This document shows, in pieces, positions 47,999 to 58,086 of a DNA stretch of 64,000 bases (positions within the stretch are counted from its first letter, which is position 1; every line of letters begins with the position of its first letter). Source of the DNA: Nitrospirota bacterium (GTDB taxonomy: Bacteria > Nitrospirota > Thermodesulfovibrionia > Thermodesulfovibrionales > JdFR-86); the NCBI GenBank assembly GCA_963721805.1, contig CAVRJY010000004.1, forward strand, positions 128,001 through 192,000, written 5' to 3'. A program made the position numbers and the translations under genes. The notes beneath the pieces were generated by a model, which searched no databases, was not told where the DNA came from, and saw only the letters and a list, made by a program, of their open reading frames with translations.

Positions 47999-48565
47999 TT
48001 ATCTAAACAAAGCTCCCGACAGAAGTACAATGTCCACGACAATTAGCCCTGCCACCGCTAATCCTACCAGCGGATCAAGCATTGCCGCCAGCCATCCTAT
48101 GTATTGCAGCCCGAAGCCCGCGAGTATGCCTAACACATAACCAGCTGAAAGCCCCGCAACACCTGTCAGCAGGCCATGAAAGAGGGTATAGTGTTCAAGC
48201 GTACTGATGAAAATCCCGGCAGACAGCCCTGCGAATACGAAGAAAAAAAAGAAGCCTACAAGAAAACCGGCATAAGACGGAGATTCTCCCCATCTGGACG
48301 AGATGCTCATGACGAGCAGTGCCAGAATTCCCGCCATGCCAATGCCGCTGGCTATCCAGCCTACAATTGATCCTTGTGAGAGTCCTGCTGGGACACCTAT
48401 GGCTATAAGGATGGTACAAACTGCTAAGGCGATGTAGAATTCAGTAAACGAGCTGAAACCTGACTTCGACTCTTGATTAGGACGAATCCGGCTCCACAGG
48501 AATGCGGGAAAGAAGCGGGCATGGAATTCAACGGATAAGAACCTCGGAGGATTACTATCTACCAT
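47999..48565 (-). CDS. Hypothetical multi-TM membrane protein
   Basis: About five hydrophobic segments. AAGGAG SD before MVDSNPP. Confidence 0.65.
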   Translation of the reverse strand: MVDSNPPRFLSVEFHARFFPAFLWSRIRPNQESKSGFSSFTEFYIALAVCTILIAIGVPAGLSQGSIVGWIASGIGMAGILALLVMSISSRWGESPSYAGFLVGFFFFFVFAGLSAGIFISTLEHYTLFHGLLTGVAGLSAGYVLGILAGFGLQYIGWLAAMLDPLVGLAVAGLIVVDIVLLSGALFR

Positions 48566-48814
48566 ATTGTCTCCTTTTACCGTTACCATGTGAACTTGAT
48601 AGAGTATGCCGCTACTCATAGTCCTAAAGCAACAATATACGGATATCGCGCCGTAGCCTCCCATCTTCTCTCAGATGGTATCTTGGCACTCTCGCCTGTG
48701 ACAGGGGCTAATTGCTAATTCTCACCCCTCCCACTTGGGGATGAGCCGCACTTATCAATGCCGTTTACCGCTCGCACGATTCCACATCAGCAACTTAAAG
48801 CGCGAGATCAATTT

Positions 48815-48992
48815 AATGCCGTTGACATTGGGGTGCGGGGTCCAGCGGCTGTGCCGCGTCTAACCCCGCAAAGCGCGCCCAAATTGTCTTCAGACAAGGC
48901 AGGGCGAGAAGACCGCCCGATGGTGTACTGTGACGTACATAGAGGGCGAGTCTTTGATGCCCAACGAAGTATCAAGCGATTTGGCGCGCTTT
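48815..48992 (+). repeat. Palindromic element copy 11 (inverted partner of copy 10)
   Basis: AATGCCGTTGAC head, GC hairpin and long hairpin with the standard arms. Confidence 0.9.
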
Positions 48993-48998
48993 CATCTC

Positions 48999-49277
48999 TT
49001 AACTTTTGTATACCTCATCATGGCTGCCCACATCGAGAAGTATGATCTCACCGTCCCCGATCAAAACGGTAAGCGCAATCCTGTAGCTGCCGGTGATGCT
49101 GACCGCCTGTATCCCCTTCAGCTTTCCCCCCAATGGGTGAAGCGCCAGGCTGGGTGCGAATGGGTCTCGCTCCAGTTGGCGGAGCGTGGCGGCGAACCTG
49201 GCGTTCAGGTCGGGGTGCTTCTTCATGAACTTCCGGGCCGCGCGGACAAAGGACGCCGTCCATACGAGTTTAAACAC
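48999..49277 (-). CDS. RelE/YafQ-family mRNA interferase toxin
   Basis: FVRAARKF...DPF.PSL.LHPL.GKL.G...SI...YRI...DVGSHDEVY. Overlaps the antitoxin stop codon. Confidence 0.88.
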   Translation of the reverse strand: MFKLVWTASFVRAARKFMKKHPDLNARFAATLRQLERDPFAPSLALHPLGGKLKGIQAVSITGSYRIALTVLIGDGEIILLDVGSHDEVYKS

Positions 49278-49536
49278 CCTCAAGCCCCAGCTCCTTGATT
49301 AAATCCTTTGCCGTCCCGCGCTTTACCCTCCCGGCCTTGACGTCCTTGAGCGATGCCGCAAGCCGCGCGGCATAGGCCTCGCCCTCGGCCTCGGTGAGTT
49401 CACGGTAACGCTCCTCGGTCAGGACGACGTACTGAAGCTGGTTGTTCTTTATGATGTGTACAGCGCCGTCCTTGATGATATCGTCAACGGCGGAGATGCC
49501 CCTCCTCTTTATGTCCTGCGCCGCCAGGGTATTCAT
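49270..49536 (-). CDS. Phd/YefM-like antitoxin
   Basis: MNTLAAQDIKRRG...VHIIKNN...YVVL. Upstream imperfect palindrome GTACT-ATTAAA-AGTAT. Confidence 0.82.
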   Translation of the reverse strand: MNTLAAQDIKRRGISAVDDIIKDGAVHIIKNNQLQYVVLTEERYRELTEAEGEAYAARLAASLKDVKAGRVKRGTAKDLIKELGLEGV

Positions 49537-49630
49537 ATCGGTACTCCTTTCGATACTTTTAATAGTACCTTAAATATATCATTAGCGCAGCTAAATATCA
49601 AGCCTTGATAGAGCCCTGTATAATTGAAAT

Positions 49631-50224
49631 ATGAGCCCCTTATTAGCCTTCATCGTCAAATACGCCTACCTGGGCATCTTCGTTGCCTTGGGGTTGGGAA
49701 TCGTGGGCCTGCCCGTCCCCAACGAAACCGTCCAGGCGTTTGCAGGGTATCTCTGCTACAAGGGCGAGCTGAGCCTCGCCCCGGCGATCCTTGCCGGGTT
49801 CCTCGGCACCTCGTTTGGCATCACTGTGGGCTTCGCGGCAGGAAGGCTCTACGGCCGTTCGCTGCTCGAGAGACACCTGCGGCGGCTGCACATCAGCCCG
49901 GAGCGCCTCAGCAGGGCGCGGCAGTGGTATGCGCGCTACGGCGGGACGATGCTGTTTTTCGGGTACTTCGTCCCCGGCGTGAGGCACCTCGTCGCTATCG
50001 TCTCGGGGCTCTCGCTCACCCCGTTTCGCACCTTCGCCCTGATCGCATACACCGGGGGGATGCTCTGGACGCTGCTGTTTACCGGCCTCGGGTACTACCT
50101 CGGCGAGAATTGGCAGGGCATGGAGCATTACCTCTACGGCCATATAATCCCGATCGCGCTGGCCCTGCTGCTGGTCTCGCCCCTGATCGCGATGTGGCTC
50201 ACGAGGGCCCGCACAAGGCGCTGA
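49631..50224 (+). CDS. DedA-family membrane protein
   Basis: GLPVPNE...GYFVPGVRH motifs. Confidence 0.92.
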   Translation: MSPLLAFIVKYAYLGIFVALGLGIVGLPVPNETVQAFAGYLCYKGELSLAPAILAGFLGTSFGITVGFAAGRLYGRSLLERHLRRLHISPERLSRARQWYARYGGTMLFFGYFVPGVRHLVAIVSGLSLTPFRTFALIAYTGGMLWTLLFTGLGYYLGENWQGMEHYLYGHIIPIALALLLVSPLIAMWLTRARTRR

Positions 50225-50302
50225 AAAACAAACCGGGCGCCGGCCCTCTCGGAACCGGCACCCAGTTTGCTTCTCACACGGGCGCGTTAGGGCGGTTAGC
50301 CC

Positions 50303-51448
50303 TTACTGCTGCCCGTGGCAGAGGGTGTTGTTGAAGCAGTCGTATTTCTTCCCCGCGGGGAGGGGTGAAACGCCGTGGCAGAGAGCGCACACCACGGCGT
50401 TCGCCCTTGAGGTATTGGTATGGGTATAGACGTCATCCCTCCAGGGCGACAGCGGATGAGGCGTGCCCAAGCCGCCGTGGCAGGAATAACAATCTTGTCC
50501 TGATTGTCCGCCGTTTAAGGTATCACCGTGGCAGCTCTGGCAGGTGATGAAGCTCTGTATCGCGTTGTCAGCGTTCGGAGCGGGCGCAAGCTTCGCGGCG
50601 ATGCCGTGCGGCTGCGGGTCGCCTTCGGCGGCGTTCCAGCCGTCCGGGTGCGGGTCGATGACGCTGTGGCAGAGCGTGTTGTTAAAACATTCAGAGGGCA
50701 CGTCGAGCGGCACCCCGGCCCCGGAATCGTCCCGGTGGCAAAATGCGCATACGGGCGCGTTAGCGGTATCGGTGGTTATGTGCCTAAGCACATTGGGCCC
50801 CGGGTCTTGATCGTCGACAGGCCCCCATGGCGGGGTATCCGAATGCGGGGCGTCGAGGCCGTGGCAGCCGAAGCATGATGGGGCGAAGGCCGTGCCCGTG
50901 ACCACGCCATCGAAGGCGACTCCGTGGCATGCCGGAGTATTGCACGAGGCGAACCCCAGAAACTCGCTGCCGTCGGGCCTGGCCTTCGCGGCCGCGCCGT
51001 GCTGGTCGCGGTCCAGCCAGTCTCTTGGGTGGACGTGGCAGAGCGTGGCGTTGAAGCACCCGATCTCGGTGCCATCAGGGGCCGGGGCCGGGTTATTGTT
51101 GTGATGGCAGAGGGCGCATACCGGGGCATTGCCCTCGTTCGTGTTAGTGTGCTCAGCGAGCCAGACCTCGGCCTCGGGATGAGGAGCCGGCACGCCGTGG
51201 CAGCCGAAGCAAGACACCTCAGAGCTGCCGCCGCTGAAATCCGAGCCGTGGCAGGCCTCGCATGCCGCGAAACCGTCGTTAGCGGTGGGCGCCTCTTTGG
51301 CTACCTTCCCGTGGTCGTCGAGCCAGTCGCCGACGTGTTTGCCGGTATCGGGGTTGTTGTGGGAGCTGCCGTTTTTGGTGCTGCAGGCCGTCAGCGCGGC
51401 TATCGCCAGGGCTACGAGCATTATCTTAAAGAGTGTCTTTATCATCAT
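50303..51448 (-). CDS. Lipoprotein multiheme cytochrome (up to 12 hemes, three internal repeats)
   Basis: Lipobox LTAC. Eight CxxCH, three CFNxTLCH (CX5CH) and one CNTPACH (CX4CH). Confidence 0.88.
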   Translation of the reverse strand: MMIKTLFKIMLVALAIAALTACSTKNGSSHNNPDTGKHVGDWLDDHGKVAKEAPTANDGFAACEACHGSDFSGGSSEVSCFGCHGVPAPHPEAEVWLAEHTNTNEGNAPVCALCHHNNNPAPAPDGTEIGCFNATLCHVHPRDWLDRDQHGAAAKARPDGSEFLGFASCNTPACHGVAFDGVVTGTAFAPSCFGCHGLDAPHSDTPPWGPVDDQDPGPNVLRHITTDTANAPVCAFCHRDDSGAGVPLDVPSECFNNTLCHSVIDPHPDGWNAAEGDPQPHGIAAKLAPAPNADNAIQSFITCQSCHGDTLNGGQSGQDCYSCHGGLGTPHPLSPWRDDVYTHTNTSRANAVVCALCHGVSPLPAGKKYDCFNNTLCHGQQ

Positions 51449-51885
51449 CTGTGGCACGCCTTGCACCGCGCGTTGTTGCCCCTGCCGTGGCACCTGAAGC
51501 AGGGCGCGGGGTCTATCTGCGCGTCTATCATGTGCCTGCTGACGTAGTCGCCCCTGTGCGGCATGTCCATGTCGGGCGAGTCCTTATGCTTGTCGCTGGG
51601 CTTGATCTCTTCCTTGGTGGCATGGCAGTCGGCGCAGAAGGCCTCGAGATGGCATGCGCCGCAGACGAGAGGGTTTTGGCGCGCGCGGAACTTGTGCATC
51701 GTCGACCAGTCCGAGGCGTGGTCCATCTCGGGCCACTTGTCCGGATGGCACGAGCTGCATATCGGCATCGTCGTCAGCTCTATCGGGTGCTTCTGGATCG
51801 CGAATGAGGTGCCGTAAAGCGCGGCGACCGCGACGAATGCAAGAGCCGAGATGAACAGAAACTTTATGCGGGCTGATTTATTCAC
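51445..51885 (-). CDS. Pentaheme c-type cytochrome
   Basis: Signal peptide. CSSCH, CGACH, CADCH, CFRCH, CKACH. Confidence 0.9.
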   Translation of the reverse strand: MNKSARIKFLFISALAFVAVAALYGTSFAIQKHPIELTTMPICSSCHPDKWPEMDHASDWSTMHKFRARQNPLVCGACHLEAFCADCHATKEEIKPSDKHKDSPDMDMPHRGDYVSRHMIDAQIDPAPCFRCHGRGNNARCKACHR

Positions 51886-51888
51886 CCC

Positions 51889-53184
51889 TTACCCCTTTCC
51901 GAACTTGTATATGAATTTCAGCATGCCCCTGACGTCCTCATCGAAGTAGGGGCTCTTTTCAAACTCGACGTCGCCCGCCAGCCGGATATTTTTCGTGAAG
52001 TTATACCCGAGCGAGCCGACGATTGCATACGCGTCAGAGACGCGGTTTATCTTCCTGTCATAGTTCACGTCCAGGAGGTCGGCCGTGAGGTCGAAGTTGT
52101 ATAGCTTCCCGGTCGCGTACGTCCGGTACTGGTTGTACCTGAGCCCGTCCTCGTTGCCGTCCATCCTGTCTACCGAGACCCCGGCCGTGAAATTGTCACC
52201 CAGCATGTACTTTATCGTGCCGCCAAAGTTCTGGGCCGAGCCCGAGACCTTGTAATCGTAATTTTTATACCTGAACGTGAAGCTCAGCTCCTCGATCACG
52301 AAGAACTCGACGCTGCCGCCGCCCATGTCGTAAGTCTCCTTGGGGTTGAGGTTCAGGCGGTCAAACGCGCTCAGCGTCGTCGCGGCGAAGTAGTACCTGT
52401 AATCGACGTGCGAATAATCCCCGCCGAAGCGGACCTTGTCGAGCACCTTCACGCCGTCGATCTCGGGGACAGAGAACGGGCCGAGGGTCAGGTGGTAGGT
52501 GTGCTCCATCCAGCCCTCGTCCCTGACGTTGTAGTTGGAGTTGCCCTGGATGTCGAGGAATGAGATCGGGCGGACCCAGGAGTCGATCCCGGCCTCTTCC
52601 CTGAACGCATGGCTGTCACTCTGCTCCTGAAGGTAGGACGCCCCTATCTTGAAATACTTGTCCATCCCGTACGCGACCCTGCCGCCGTAAATGAAGTCGC
52701 CCCGGCGGCTGGTGGGGTCGGCGTAAAGGTTGACCGGCGAGCCGGTATACGCCGAGATGTCGAGGCCCTTGACCGGCTCGACCCTGGCGTAGGCGCCGTC
52801 AACCTGCTCGGCCGCGACGCCCTCGAACACGTATAGCCTGCCGAGCCTGAAGCGGGACTTGATGGCGTCGACCCCGAGGTCAAGGTAGGCGTAGTTGAGG
52901 TCGTCGTTAAACCTGTCCTCCGCCCTCCTGTCGCCGAGGTCCTCCCTGACCCAGCCGTTAATATGGAAGGACAGGTCCTGCCCGGCGATGTTGTCGACGT
53001 TGAAGGTCAGGTATTCATAAAACGGGACGAGGTGGTCGCCGTTGAACGCCTCGCGGGCCATCAGATACGAGCTGGATTCGCCCGAATAGTCCATGGCCCT
53101 GGCCATGCCGGGGACTAGCAAAAACAGCATGGCCGCTATAACCATACAGCTTTTCTGAACTTTTCGACTCTTTTGTGTCTCCAT
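51889..53184 (-). CDS. Outer-membrane beta-barrel of a porin-cytochrome complex
   Basis: Signal peptide, alternating aromatic beta-strands and terminal ...FIYKF. First gene of the cytochrome operon. Confidence 0.8.
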   Translation of the reverse strand: METQKSRKVQKSCMVIAAMLFLLVPGMARAMDYSGESSSYLMAREAFNGDHLVPFYEYLTFNVDNIAGQDLSFHINGWVREDLGDRRAEDRFNDDLNYAYLDLGVDAIKSRFRLGRLYVFEGVAAEQVDGAYARVEPVKGLDISAYTGSPVNLYADPTSRRGDFIYGGRVAYGMDKYFKIGASYLQEQSDSHAFREEAGIDSWVRPISFLDIQGNSNYNVRDEGWMEHTYHLTLGPFSVPEIDGVKVLDKVRFGGDYSHVDYRYYFAATTLSAFDRLNLNPKETYDMGGGSVEFFVIEELSFTFRYKNYDYKVSGSAQNFGGTIKYMLGDNFTAGVSVDRMDGNEDGLRYNQYRTYATGKLYNFDLTADLLDVNYDRKINRVSDAYAIVGSLGYNFTKNIRLAGDVEFEKSPYFDEDVRGMLKFIYKFGKG

Positions 53185-53367
53185 TCACAGTTTATACATA
53201 ATTATGCCCGGCTTGTCAAGAAAAAATATCCTCATGAAAATAAATTTTAGCGCAGCCCTATTATCGTTATAATCCGGCCATCCGCGGCAGCCCCGGCGCG
53301 TTCCCGGCGGATGGGGTTTTATCCCGATTAGTGCTGCCGCGCGGGCATGTGCTAAAATAGCAGCCCT

Positions 53368-54915
53368 ATGCCGAAATCTGATGGAATCGTATACCTGGTC
53401 GGGGCCGGTCCCGGCGACATCGGCCTCCTTACTATAAAAGGACTCCGCTGCCTGAGCCGCGCCGATGTCGTTGTCTACGACTTCCACCTCAACGCCCAGG
53501 TGCTCAACTACATCCGCCACGACGCCGAGTTCATCTACGCCGGCAAGCGCGGCGGCCACCACACGATGACCCAGGACGACATAAACGCCGTGCTCGTCGA
53601 GAAGGCCAAAGAGGGCAAGCGCGTATGCCGCCTCAAGGGCGGCGACCCGTTCGTCTTCGGCCGGGGGGGCGAGGAGGCCGAGGCGCTGGCGGCCGAGGGC
53701 CTCGCGTTCGAGGTCGTCCCCGGCGTGAGCTCGTCGGTCGCGGCCCCGGCGTATGCCGGAATCCCGCTTACGCACCGCCGCCTGAGCTCGTCCTTCGCGG
53801 TCGTGCCGGGCTATGAGGACATGACCCGTAAGGACGTCTCCGCGATAGACTGGTCGAAGCTCGCAACCGGCGTCGGCACGCTCGTATTTCTGATGGCCGT
53901 AAAAAACATAACCGAACTGATGAACAAGCTGATCGAGCACGGCCGCCCGATAGATACGCCAGTGGCGGTCATACGCTGGGGCACGCGCGCCGACCAGCGG
54001 ACGCTCGTAAGCACGCTCGGGCGCATAGCGGCCGAGGTCAAGGAAAACGACATCAGGCCCCCGGCCGTCATGGTCGTAGGCGAGGTCGTGCGGCTCAGAG
54101 AGACGCTCAACTGGTTCGAGAAAAAACCGATGTTCGGCCAGCGCGTGCTCGTAACCCGCGAACACTCAGGCGGCTTCGACCTGCTTGAAGACCTCGGCGC
54201 GGAGGTCATAGAGTTCCCGACCATCCGCATCGCCCCGCCTGAAAGCTGGGCCGAGGTGGACCGGGCCCTTGATAATATTGCCGCGGGCCGGGCCCCCTAC
54301 GGCTGGGCGGTATTCACGAGCGCAAACGGGGTGAAGTATTTCTTTAATCGCATGACCGAGACCGGCGGCGACATCCGCGACCTAAAGGGCGTCAAGCTCT
54401 GCGCGATCGGAGAGAAGACCGCCGAGCGGCTGCGCTCGATGGGGCTGCGCGTCGATATGGTCCCCGAGGAGTTCAACGCCGAGGGGCTCACCGAGGCTTT
54501 CCTTAAACTGACAAAGAACAATAACTTCGAGGGCATGCGCTTCCTGCTGCCGCGCGCCGAGGAGGCCCGCGAGAAATTCCCCGATGCGGTGCGCAAGCTC
54601 GGCGGACATATAGACACGGTCACGGCATACCGGGCCGCGCTCCCTGAGCGCCACCCCAGACGGCTTAAGCGCTTCCTCAAAGAGGGCCGCATCTCGATAG
54701 CCACGTTTACGAGCGCCGCGACGTTCAGGAACTTCATCACCCTGATGGATGAGGGGCTCGAGCCCCTAAAAGACGTAACCATCGCAGCGATCGGGCCGGT
54801 GACGAAGCGCGCGATAGAGCGCGAAGGTCTAAAGGTCACGATCATGCCGGAGAAGGCCACTGTCGATGCCATGGTCGAGGCGATCCGCGTCTGGGCCACA
54901 TCCCCCAAAAAATAA
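53368..54915 (+). CDS. cobA: Fused uroporphyrinogen-III C-methyltransferase / synthase
   Basis: YLVGAGPGD, RLKGGDPFVFGRGGEE, then a HemD domain (FTSANGV, AIG.KT, FTS). Confidence 0.95.
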   Translation: MPKSDGIVYLVGAGPGDIGLLTIKGLRCLSRADVVVYDFHLNAQVLNYIRHDAEFIYAGKRGGHHTMTQDDINAVLVEKAKEGKRVCRLKGGDPFVFGRGGEEAEALAAEGLAFEVVPGVSSSVAAPAYAGIPLTHRRLSSSFAVVPGYEDMTRKDVSAIDWSKLATGVGTLVFLMAVKNITELMNKLIEHGRPIDTPVAVIRWGTRADQRTLVSTLGRIAAEVKENDIRPPAVMVVGEVVRLRETLNWFEKKPMFGQRVLVTREHSGGFDLLEDLGAEVIEFPTIRIAPPESWAEVDRALDNIAAGRAPYGWAVFTSANGVKYFFNRMTETGGDIRDLKGVKLCAIGEKTAERLRSMGLRVDMVPEEFNAEGLTEAFLKLTKNNNFEGMRFLLPRAEEAREKFPDAVRKLGGHIDTVTAYRAALPERHPRRLKRFLKEGRISIATFTSAATFRNFITLMDEGLEPLKDVTIAAIGPVTKRAIEREGLKVTIMPEKATVDAMVEAIRVWATSPKK

Positions 54916-54994
54916 CGCTTCACACCAAACCGTTTCCATACTATACTTTGCTATGGAAGGCCCCCTTTGTCCGTCCGGGATCAGGAGGCAACAC

Positions 54995-55258
54995 ATGGCA
55001 AGGCTCGATGTGGAAAAGTACAGGGAGATGTACCTCAAGGAAGTAGAGAAGCGCATAATGTCCCGCAAGGACAAGGTCCCGCACTTCTCACCACAGCTCC
55101 TCTCGGACGCGATCCGCGAGGAGATGAACCGGGCAAACCCCGACACCTGGGAGGTCGACGTCCCCGACGACAGGGAAAAGGCCATCGCCGAGGCCGAAAA
55201 GAGGATCCTCAGCATCATGGCGGTCAACAAGGACGTCGGCCTAGGCAAGTCCTTTTAG
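54995..55258 (+). CDS. Hypothetical protein
   Basis: AGGAGG SD before MARLDVEKY. Host-like codon pattern. Confidence 0.6.
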   Translation: MARLDVEKYREMYLKEVEKRIMSRKDKVPHFSPQLLSDAIREEMNRANPDTWEVDVPDDREKAIAEAEKRILSIMAVNKDVGLGKSF

Positions 55259-55472
55259 GGACCACCCAACACTCACTGACGGCGGCTCGGCCGTCACCAC
55301 CAGAACGGACGGACATCGGGGGCGCTTATTTATCCCGTGGCCTCGGCCACGCGTTCATCACGGGGCGCAGGATGGCGGGCGGATTAAATGCCGCTGCCAA
55401 TCCGGGCTCAGCGGGAATTTGTAGCGCTTTATATTGCAAAGCCCCGGCGCGAGCCGCTATAATCCGGGACGT

Positions 55473-55718
55473 ATGGTCCGCATAACCTTCTACAGCAAGG
55501 ACGGCTGCTGGCTCTGCGACGCGGCAAGAGAGATGCTCAACGGGCTTAAGGAGCGCCATGACATCAGGCTCACGGACGTCGACATCGCCTCCACGGAGGA
55601 GCTCTACGAACTCTACCGCTTCGACGTCCCGGTGCTGGAGTTCAAAGACGGCTCGACCCTCCACGGCCATATCAGGAAATCCCATCTCATGAGGAAGCTC
55701 GATGAACATAAGGAATGA
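55473..55718 (+). CDS. Glutaredoxin-like (DUF836) protein
   Basis: FYSKDGCWLCD...VDI...DVPVL. Confidence 0.85.
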   Translation: MVRITFYSKDGCWLCDAAREMLNGLKERHDIRLTDVDIASTEELYELYRFDVPVLEFKDGSTLHGHIRKSHLMRKLDEHKE

Positions 55719-55992
55719 GGACGTACGCTCGATCACGGTCGAGATACCGGAGGGCCACCACCACCTGCGCAGCACCCTGCTGCTCAATGACGGCACGGAG
55801 CTGACATTGCAGGAGGCCACGGTTGCGAACCTCGTGCGCGCGTTTCTGGGCGTCAAGACCCATCCCACGCGGCGGCGTATGGCGCTCTCGGGCCGCGAGG
55901 TCGCCGAGGGCCTAAAACACGGCTTCGCCCAGTGGCAGCTGCTGGAGCCCGAAGAAGGAGGCGGCTTACATGCCAATACCAAGGCTGTTTAA
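55702..55992 (+). CDS. Hypothetical protein
   Basis: Overlaps both neighbours. EIPEGHHHLR...QEATVANLVRAF..VKTHP. Confidence 0.7.
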   Translation: MNIRNEDVRSITVEIPEGHHHLRSTLLLNDGTELTLQEATVANLVRAFLGVKTHPTRRRMALSGREVAEGLKHGFAQWQLLEPEEGGGLHANTKAV

Positions 55993-56329
55993 CTTGCGGA
56001 CGCTCTCTATAGAGGCCGGCGGCGAGTACGTCCTCGGCCTCAGGGACCTCGACACGCACGCCTGCTACATGATCTACGGCACTGTCCTGCCTGGCGCGGC
56101 GCCGCGCCTCATCAAGCCAGGCGACGGGCACGAGGAGATCATCCTCTGCGTAAGCGGGGAGTTTACGGTCACCGGCCACTTCAGCGGAACGCTCAAGGAA
56201 GGCGAGGCCTTCCACATCAGGGAAGAGGCCGAGTGCTATCTCTCGAACCCGACCACCAACCCCGCGGTATATGTCGCCGCGGGCGGCCACTCAGAGACGG
56301 GCCACCACGGCCACAGCCACGCACACTGA
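55970..56329 (+). CDS. Cupin-fold protein with His-rich tail
   Basis: GHEEII...G...L.EG beta-rich pattern and C-terminal GHHGHSHAH. Confidence 0.65.
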   Translation: MPIPRLFNLRTLSIEAGGEYVLGLRDLDTHACYMIYGTVLPGAAPRLIKPGDGHEEIILCVSGEFTVTGHFSGTLKEGEAFHIREEAECYLSNPTTNPAVYVAAGGHSETGHHGHSHAH

Positions 56330-56449
56330 GGGGCCGAATGGCCCCTATCCGCGCAGCTATCGCTCCGCTCACACGAACAGCGGTTGCGCTATCTGTGGCG
56401 CGTATGATTTATCCCGCATGACAGGCCGATTAACAGGATCGAGACATCC

Positions 56450-56947
56450 ATGACCGAAGAGCCCCCGGATAATGTGCTGCCCATCAGGGAAGCCTCTGCC
56501 GGCGACATCCCCGAACTGGCGAGGCACCACAGGGAGATGTTCGAGGAGGTATGGGAGGCGATGGGCAAGTCGGTCGAGAGCTCGCAGGCAGGTACGCTCG
56601 AAGAGGCTTACGCACGAAAGCTGCGCGCACAGCTCAATGGCGCGTGCAAGGCCTGGGTGATCGAGGCCGGGGGCAGAGCAATCGCAAGCGGCGCGATCTC
56701 GATCGTAAGCTACGTCCCCACCCCGCTTGACCCGCACAGTGACGTCGCGTACCTGCACAGCATGTTCACCGAGAAGCGCTACAGGGGCAGGCGCTGCGCG
56801 AGCAGGATAATCCAGGAGGCGTTAAATTATTGCAGGGCCAGAGGGATCAAGAGGGTCATGCTCTTTGCGAGCGAAGCGGGGAGGCCTCTATATGAGCAGA
56901 TAGGGTTCAGCCCGGTCCCGAACATGATGCGGCTGATACTTGAGTGA
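56450..56947 (+). CDS. GNAT acetyltransferase
   Basis: MFTEKRYRGRRCA...LFASEAGRPLYEQIGF. Confidence 0.88.
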   Translation: MTEEPPDNVLPIREASAGDIPELARHHREMFEEVWEAMGKSVESSQAGTLEEAYARKLRAQLNGACKAWVIEAGGRAIASGAISIVSYVPTPLDPHSDVAYLHSMFTEKRYRGRRCASRIIQEALNYCRARGIKRVMLFASEAGRPLYEQIGFSPVPNMMRLILE

Positions 56948-56964
56948 CTTTCTGATACCTGCCG

Positions 56965-58086
56965 CTAAGGCATCGTGATCGAGCCGAGCACAACGCGCTC
57001 GCGCGCCCCGGTGGCGGCCGGTACGTTGGAGGGCCGCCCAGAGAGGGTCTCGTTGGCGAGCACCGCAAAGCAGAGGGCTTCGCGCGCGGCCGAGGGTATG
57101 CCGTAGCGTTCGGTCGTCCCTATGACAACCGCGCCCATCGCATCCTGTATCAGCCCCATCAGATAGGCGTTCTCGGTGCCGCCACCCGCAAAGACTATCT
57201 CGGCGGGCCGCGTCACCGGGAAAACGAACCTCTCGTAGGCCTCGGCGATGCTCCGGGCGGTGAAGTGCGCGAGCGTGCAAAGCAGGTCCTCGGGCCTGAG
57301 CCTGCGCCCGCCGAGCATCGCATCGACCGCGCCCAGGTTGAACGTCTCGCGGCCAGTGGACTTCGGGGGGTGCGTCTTCAGGTACGGCATCGACATGAGC
57401 TTACGAAGCAGGGCCTCGTCCGGCCTGCCGCGCCGCGCAACAGCGCCGTTTCTATCGCATGGTTTCTTCAGGTATGCCGCTGAGGCCTCGTCCATCAGGC
57501 AGTTGCCAGCGCCGGTGTCAAACGCGATCATGTCTTCCAACTTCGGCGTGACCAGCGTGAGGTTCGATATCCCGCCTATGTTGTGCACGGCTATGGCGCG
57601 CTGGCCCCCGCCGAATATCACCCAGTCCGCAAAGGGCACGAGCGGCGCGCCCTGCCCCCCGGCCGCGATGTCCGCGCTGCGGAAGTTCGATACCACAGGC
57701 CGCAGGGTCCGCCTCGCGATCACCGCGGGCTCGCCTATCTGGAGCGTGGAGCCGGCCCTGCCCCGGGCGCGCGGGACATGGCATATGGTCTGGCCGTGCG
57801 ATGCGATGGCCGCGATATCGCGCATCGGCACCCTGGCCTCCGACGCGCACCTGATCGCGGCCTGGGCGAACGCCTCGCCCATGGCGAAGTTCAGCTCGCA
57901 TATCTGGCGCGTACTGCCGTCGAACGCGGCGGCGATCGAGCGCCTCAGCGCCGCAGGGTGGGGCATGTGGGCGTGGTGAAAGAGGCGGGGTGCACCGCCG
58001 TCACTGCCGAACCCGGCAATGACGGCGTCCGTACCGTCGTGCGACGTCCCTGACATGAGGCCGAGAATCAGCCTCGGCCCGGTCAC
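56965..58086 (-). CDS. anmK: Anhydro-N-acetylmuramic acid kinase
   Basis: GLMSGTSHDG, SHGQT, GGQGAPLVP, NIGGISN and PKSTGRE. Confidence 0.95.
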   Translation of the reverse strand: MTGPRLILGLMSGTSHDGTDAVIAGFGSDGGAPRLFHHAHMPHPAALRRSIAAAFDGSTRQICELNFAMGEAFAQAAIRCASEARVPMRDIAAIASHGQTICHVPRARGRAGSTLQIGEPAVIARRTLRPVVSNFRSADIAAGGQGAPLVPFADWVIFGGGQRAIAVHNIGGISNLTLVTPKLEDMIAFDTGAGNCLMDEASAAYLKKPCDRNGAVARRGRPDEALLRKLMSMPYLKTHPPKSTGRETFNLGAVDAMLGGRRLRPEDLLCTLAHFTARSIAEAYERFVFPVTRPAEIVFAGGGTENAYLMGLIQDAMGAVVIGTTERYGIPSAAREALCFAVLANETLSGRPSNVPAATGARERVVLGSITMP

